64,000 nucleotides of DNA from a virus. Location: positions 18,212-82,211 of IMG/VR virus record IMGVR_UViG_3300017613_001944. The stretch is one strand, 5' to 3'. Both the position numbers and the translations under genes were made by a program. Positions 59,167 through 64,000 of this stretch are shown one piece after another. The notes beneath the pieces were generated by a model, which saw nothing but the letters and a program-made list of their open reading frames with translations, ran no database searches and had not been told where the DNA came from. The first letter of the stretch is position 1. Every line of letters begins with the position of its first letter.

Positions 59167-59832
59167 ATGGATACTTCTGATACCCCTACCACACTGGAAA
59201 AAACTGGACCCATCCCTGCCAAGCTGAAAGATGGCTTCTTGGTGGCGCTGACTGCCAGATATGGCAATGGTCTACGCATCAATCAAGCCTTCGAGCTACC
59301 CGACACTCCCGATAGGACCACATACTACCGCTATCTCAAGAGTCATGCTGATGAGATGCACCTCATTGATAGTGAGGCGAGAGAGACGGCGATGTATGGG
59401 CAGTCGGGTGAGCAGATGTCCTTTGACGCCGAGCAGTTCCTTGTCTCAACAGAGCTACAGCGTCTCGCTCGAGATAGTCTGGCCCCCATCATTGAGCACA
59501 TGGCAGAGCTAGCACAGGGCCTGCCCTACACTATGGGCTCTGGTGATAACGAACGCCAGGTTACTCCTCATCCCCGTGACAGAGTTGACGCCGCCAAGGT
59601 GGTCGTGATGATTGCCAAGGAGGGCGTGATGAACGGTGTTCAGGCTTGGACCAGGGGCATGGAGAGAGCAATCTCTGCTGGCAGAGCTTCTGGTAAGATA
59701 GAGCAGAAGTCACTACTCCCCATGCTTGGTGTATCACCTGACTTCTCCAGGGTTGAAGCCACCAAACCCGACGGCACTAAACTCATAGCTGCCGTCGAGT
59801 ATGGTGCTGATGTCATCGACTCAGAAGATTAG
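59167..59832 (+). CDS. HTH protein, possibly terminase small subunit
   Basis: PDRTTYYRYLKSH helix-turn-helix followed by helical region; lone + strand gene. Confidence 0.5.
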   Translation: MDTSDTPTTLEKTGPIPAKLKDGFLVALTARYGNGLRINQAFELPDTPDRTTYYRYLKSHADEMHLIDSEARETAMYGQSGEQMSFDAEQFLVSTELQRLARDSLAPIIEHMAELAQGLPYTMGSGDNERQVTPHPRDRVDAAKVVVMIAKEGVMNGVQAWTRGMERAISAGRASGKIEQKSLLPMLGVSPDFSRVEATKPDGTKLIAAVEYGADVIDSED

Positions 59833-60233
59833 AATGGGATCGAATCACCGTCATCGTCCTGAGCTGGGGCATCGCCGTCTTGACGACCACCCAAGAACAG
59901 AACGTTCCGAGCACGAAGCTCAAACGACGCGCCGTAGGTGCCATCGCTCTTCTTGTAGACCTTGGGACCACCATTCTCGGGATCGTGGACAAGCGTGCCG
60001 ACGACCTGCACCTGACGACCCTTCGACAGGTACTGATTAGCAGCCTCTCCCTGGGGACCCCACACTGAGACACGGAACCACTTGACTGACTCCCTGGTCT
60101 CGCCGTCCTGGGTCTTCCACTTGTTATTGACAGCCACCGACAGGTTAGTCACTGGCGTACCGTCCTGGGTGTACCGCATCTCGGGATCACGACCTAGGTT
60201 ACCAACAATAATCATTTGTTCAAAACCAGACAT
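59829..60233 (-). CDS. ssb: Single-stranded DNA-binding protein
   Basis: IVGNLGRDPEMRYT, WFRVSVWG, YLSKGRQV, acidic tail DSIPF. Confidence 0.95.
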   Translation of the reverse strand: MSGFEQMIIVGNLGRDPEMRYTQDGTPVTNLSVAVNNKWKTQDGETRESVKWFRVSVWGPQGEAANQYLSKGRQVQVVGTLVHDPENGGPKVYKKSDGTYGASFELRARNVLFLGGRQDGDAPAQDDDGDSIPF

Positions 60234-60319
60234 TTTATATCCTCCTGGATATGTGTGATATGGAACCGAATATTTTATCTTTCACAAAAACCCCCGCCGG
60301 AGGCGACAAAGATAGAAAG

Positions 60320-60604
60320 CTATCTCAAGCGGGAAACAATTCTCTCGAGAATACCCTTTGTCGGTGGTGCAGCCACCGACTCTTCCTTCAATACCTTACC
60401 TCCCTCGTCATTGATACTGGCAACAAGAGCCTCTCTTCCCTGCTCTTTATAGAAATCGGCTATTCTCTTCGCAGACTCCTTTGAGTTGATGAGGGTTATT
60501 CTTGGAGAGCCAAAGGATGTGAGCCCTGGTTCTGCGCCTACTCCCACGCTCTTAAACACTTTGTAACTCCCGTCCTGTGTCTGGATGACTACGATATACT
60601 TCAT
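60320..60604 (-). CDS. Hypothetical protein
   Basis: ATGA-coupled ORF. Confidence 0.45.
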   Translation of the reverse strand: MKYIVVIQTQDGSYKVFKSVGVGAEPGLTSFGSPRITLINSKESAKRIADFYKEQGREALVASINDEGGKVLKEESVAAPPTKGILERIVSRLR

Positions 60605-61068
60605 CCCTCTCTCTCCTTGATGATAATCTCTGAACACACATCCACTACCGACTCACTCTTGAGTGAGCGGTTGGCGTAATGGCGATGGAGCTCCTTGCCC
60701 TCCTCGCTAGTAATCAGGTAGCCGTGGATTACCTTGGTGTGCCTATCTCCTCGGATGCTATGGTGATGGAATTGATATAGCCACACTGGTCGGTAGTGTG
60801 CTAGCTTCTTTACCTTGGCACTCACCTCTATGGGGATGTCGTTCTGATAGGGCAGTCCATCCCACCATCCAAGATCCCACTCTCGGTGTTGTCCTGGCTC
60901 CACTGCGATGATCCCCATGTTGGGGGTGATGTCGATGTACGCTCTGACATGACGCCCATACATAGTGGGTGCAGAGATGTTACCGTATGTGATGATACTG
61001 GTTTGCTTATTGAATGTCTTGTGCTCAGTCACCACTATCATGTCACCATTCTTGTCATATTTTGTCAT
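60601..61068 (-). CDS. Hypothetical protein
   Basis: Coupled ORF. Confidence 0.5.
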   Translation of the reverse strand: MTKYDKNGDMIVVTEHKTFNKQTSIITYGNISAPTMYGRHVRAYIDITPNMGIIAVEPGQHREWDLGWWDGLPYQNDIPIEVSAKVKKLAHYRPVWLYQFHHHSIRGDRHTKVIHGYLITSEEGKELHRHYANRSLKSESVVDVCSEIIIKEREG

Positions 61069-61451
61069 TTCGTGTCATCTCCCAGTAATCTTCTCAGTCC
61101 AGCATCACGCTCACCCATGTCGTAGCCGATGCAGGCCATCATCCCAAGCAGACCCATTAATCCGTCTGCTCTTACACTTGCGGGGGCCTTGCCATCACTC
61201 AGCACGATATCTATCGCTGCCGACAGTATCATTCTAAACGTGCTAGTTTCTATTCTTACTGTGCGGTAGCGCTCAGTATTAATCTTATCTTCAATAGCGA
61301 CTATATCCATACTTATTGCCGACATACCCAACAGGGCATCGAATACTGGTGCGATTTCCTCTTTGGTAATTTTACCTGAGTCAATACCCTCCAGTATCTC
61401 GCTAATGGGTGCCTCTTCCACTTCTTTTGTAACCAGCTCTAACAGATCCAT
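61065..61451 (-). CDS. Hypothetical protein
   Basis: Coupled ORF. Confidence 0.5.
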   Translation of the reverse strand: MDLLELVTKEVEEAPISEILEGIDSGKITKEEIAPVFDALLGMSAISMDIVAIEDKINTERYRTVRIETSTFRMILSAAIDIVLSDGKAPASVRADGLMGLLGMMACIGYDMGERDAGLRRLLGDDTK

Positions 61452-62713
61452 TATTGTGCTACTCCTCTCGTATCGAATGCCTCTTGCACCTGCTCACGCA
61501 CCCTTGGCTCCGCAAGGATTGCCTTGGGCATTTGAGCGCCCAGTTTACCAAGGTACTCCCAACTGAAGAACCTGCCGTTGTCATTGCTAATCCCAGCGGG
61601 ACCTATGGTCCTGACCCTCAAGCGACCAAGGCGATTACGCTTGGACTTGGACTTGGTATCGCTCTTGCGATACGCCTCCCATCCAGCCGTGGTGCACTGA
61701 CCAAGCGGCTCCCTGCTTTCCAGGAACCTACCACCCTTGATGAAATCCTGATCGTTCTTGGGATTCCATTTGGGGTGCTCTGGTGGCAGACAGATCATGT
61801 TAGCCAGAGTATCAGTGTCCTCTTGCGTGCCCTCAAACTCTATCGCCGGGATCTCTTCTGTGTCCCTATCCTCCAGGTAGTAGGCCACGTCCTCATCAAG
61901 CAGGTTAAAGTCAAACGCCTGGAAGCACAGTGCCTCTATCATCTTGGGGTTTGGATTCCACTCTTTGAGATGGCTTGTCATACAGGCCAGCTCTACATCC
62001 ATTAAACCCTCACCGGCTTTCTTTAAATGGGCGACGGCAACTGCCCACTTGTCGAGATTCTTGGCGACGTAGGCAAAGACACCCGAGTTCATCTTGCACG
62101 CTGCCTTGTATGCTAGATCGTAGTCAAGGTCGGGTGTCTTGTAGATAGGGGTGTACTCATCGTACTCACCCTCTGCCACCGGCTTATCGAAGGAGAGATA
62201 CCCTGCTCCCCCGGCGCTAGCTTTCAGTGCTTGCTCACGCTGGGCAAGGTTGGGATAGGCACTCTCTATGGACTGTTCAACAGCGGTGTCTGGATTGATC
62301 TCAAAGACAGTCATCGCCTCGGGGTGGAACTCATCAAGAGTTACTTCCCACTCCCATAGAGCACGCTGGATCTCCTGCGCCCTCTCGTTATCATCCTCAT
62401 CAATCGCATCCATCATAGCGTTGATGGCTAGCTCTTCGAGATACACACCACCATCACGGTAGTGATCGAGTGCTGCCTCGATCCCCTCAAGCACGGTGAT
62501 GTCCTCATACTGACTCTCGTTCCAGCCGATGCGACCAAACTCCCGGAAGGCATCGCGAATGGCGCGTGCCACATCTCTGCCGTGCTTGCCATCGTGCATG
62601 GCCTCAACAGCACGAACCATAGCGAGAGACACAGCATCCTGTGCCTCATTACCGAAGCTCCAGGCATCTACCATTCGAGTGAGACTTTTCCTAAGTGTGA
62701 TCCAGCTATTCAT
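61451..62713 (-). CDS. Hypothetical acidic protein (420 aa)
   Basis: AAGGAG RBS before ATG 62713. Confidence 0.6.
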   Translation of the reverse strand: MNSWITLRKSLTRMVDAWSFGNEAQDAVSLAMVRAVEAMHDGKHGRDVARAIRDAFREFGRIGWNESQYEDITVLEGIEAALDHYRDGGVYLEELAINAMMDAIDEDDNERAQEIQRALWEWEVTLDEFHPEAMTVFEINPDTAVEQSIESAYPNLAQREQALKASAGGAGYLSFDKPVAEGEYDEYTPIYKTPDLDYDLAYKAACKMNSGVFAYVAKNLDKWAVAVAHLKKAGEGLMDVELACMTSHLKEWNPNPKMIEALCFQAFDFNLLDEDVAYYLEDRDTEEIPAIEFEGTQEDTDTLANMICLPPEHPKWNPKNDQDFIKGGRFLESREPLGQCTTAGWEAYRKSDTKSKSKRNRLGRLRVRTIGPAGISNDNGRFFSWEYLGKLGAQMPKAILAEPRVREQVQEAFDTRGVAQ

Positions 62714-63528
62714 AGTATCTCCTTTCATAAGAAAATCCGCCGAAGGCGACAAACCTGACGGTGATACGGCTCAACGATCATCATCCACCGGAGGGTAGAG
62801 CCGTCCTCTATCGCTCAGAATCTTGCCAAAGAATGGTGCAGCTACCAGGGCAGCTATCAACCATAGAGCACCACACTTCAGTACCAGTACCCAATCCACT
62901 AACGCCCCTCCTTGTTGAGTAGATAGCCTAGTTGTATGAGTGCCAGAACCCCTAGCCCTATCCAGATCAGGCTAAGATTCACCGGCATCTCTCTGCTGGC
63001 AGTGTTGCATCATCGCCTAGAAGAAGTGATTGCCCAAGACGGGGTGCCTCTCATCAAGGATTCTAATCTCAACCTGATCCCAGTCATAGCCAAGCGCATC
63101 GTCAAGTCCCCTCACGCGCCTGGGATTCTCGACCTCACCCCGTTCAAGAAACTCCTCATACTGCTTTTGATCCCTAGCTACTACCAAAGTCTTCATCTCA
63201 TTCCCACTCCTAACAGCCTATCCAGGCTCTTTTTACTGAGCTCATCTTCAACGCCAAGGGGTCGGCTATCATTAACCGTGGTGATCTCATAGTTATCACC
63301 TATAACCATGACCTCCACGATGTGAACCTTGAAGATATAGTGTGTGTTACCGCGCAAGTCCACTACTTTAACAGTGTCTCTATTCATGTGATCCTCCAGA
63401 TGATCTCGACAGCAAGTATAGCAAGTGCCCACTGACCTGTTACAAAGAGAGCTGCCTTGATATCTCCCAGGAGCACTCCTGCGGTGATAACTCCAACGAA
63501 AACACCAACACACCATGCCTTATACGCA

Positions 63529-64000
63529 TTACTCATTCTGACTCTCCTCGCATTCAATGACCTCAACCAGGTTATACACATTGGACATAGAGCCTGTTGA
63601 GAACCTATAGCAAGCACCTTTTACAACCAGCTTGCTCACTCCCTTATTGATAGCCAACCAGCTACCATCGGCTAGTCCTACGGCGTAGTCGCTAGTGCTT
63701 ATACTTTTCAGATTGATTACATCAACAACCTGTCCCTCAATGGGCCTACGATTGAACATTGATGCGGTACATGCCCCTATGAGTAGTGCGACAATCGGCT
63801 GACCGAGGAAATTGATAAGAGATGTGATATCTCCATCACCGAATGGTTGTACCAGATTGTTAAAGGATCTAAAGATGATGAGAAACAGCGGTACGATAAT
63901 AGGGAGGATTGATTTCGATGCAGACGGGGCTTCCAATTCGAGACTAACTGGCTCCTCGTTTTGTGAGTTCGTATCGCCGTGTATTACAACCCTGGATGCA
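63529..64000 (-). other. Chimeric ORF: GntP-like permease fragment joined in frame to a phage-type C-terminus
   Basis: Frame open to the window edge; PSASKSILPIIVPLFLI...FLGQPIVALLIG resembles GntP-family internal helices, then the sequence becomes a soluble beta-rich tail. Confidence 0.45.

Noticed and set aside
1-64000. Genome-wide stop-codon reassignment
   Set aside because: Long genes are intact in code 11, and TGA, TAG and TAA all end genes at coupled junctions.
1-64000. tRNA genes, integrase, portal, large terminase, endolysin
   Set aside because: None was recognised by eye; they may lie outside the window or be too divergent. tRNAscan and HMM searches are needed.

Overview
This window is almost entirely a tailed dsDNA phage or prophage. 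The host is probably Chloroflexota/Anaerolineae, inferred from the SSB and one secreted protein. The left half (~1-32.1 kb, + strand) is the virion module: LamG-type adhesins, decoration proteins, scaffold, major capsid, head-tail connectors, tail tube, a frameshifted tail chaperone, a 2415-aa tape-measure fusion, tail tip and fibre genes, and a holin-like gene. The right half (~32.1-64 kb, mostly - strand) holds recombination and replication genes (RecA, AAA ATPase, Cas4-like exonuclease, DnaB-like helicase, RecU-like resolvase, SSB, adenine MTase) and many small accessory ORFs. Five features stand out. (1) A solo Cas7/RAMP-like gene is followed directly by a ~650-nt non-coding array of 18 units, all 5n+1 nt long, built from NNN-GY pentamers plus a conserved anchor; this is a candidate non-CRISPR RNA-guided system. 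(2) Just downstream lies a ~900-nt promoter-driven, highly structured GOLLD-like ncRNA. (3) The tape-measure protein is fused to an intact DEDDh exonuclease and a putative DxDxD RNA-polymerase domain. (4) A small basic virion-module gene has an in-frame UGA followed by a SECIS-like hairpin. (5) A 13-mer occurs at least 9 times across the window. All calls come from reading motifs by eye; no database searches were run.
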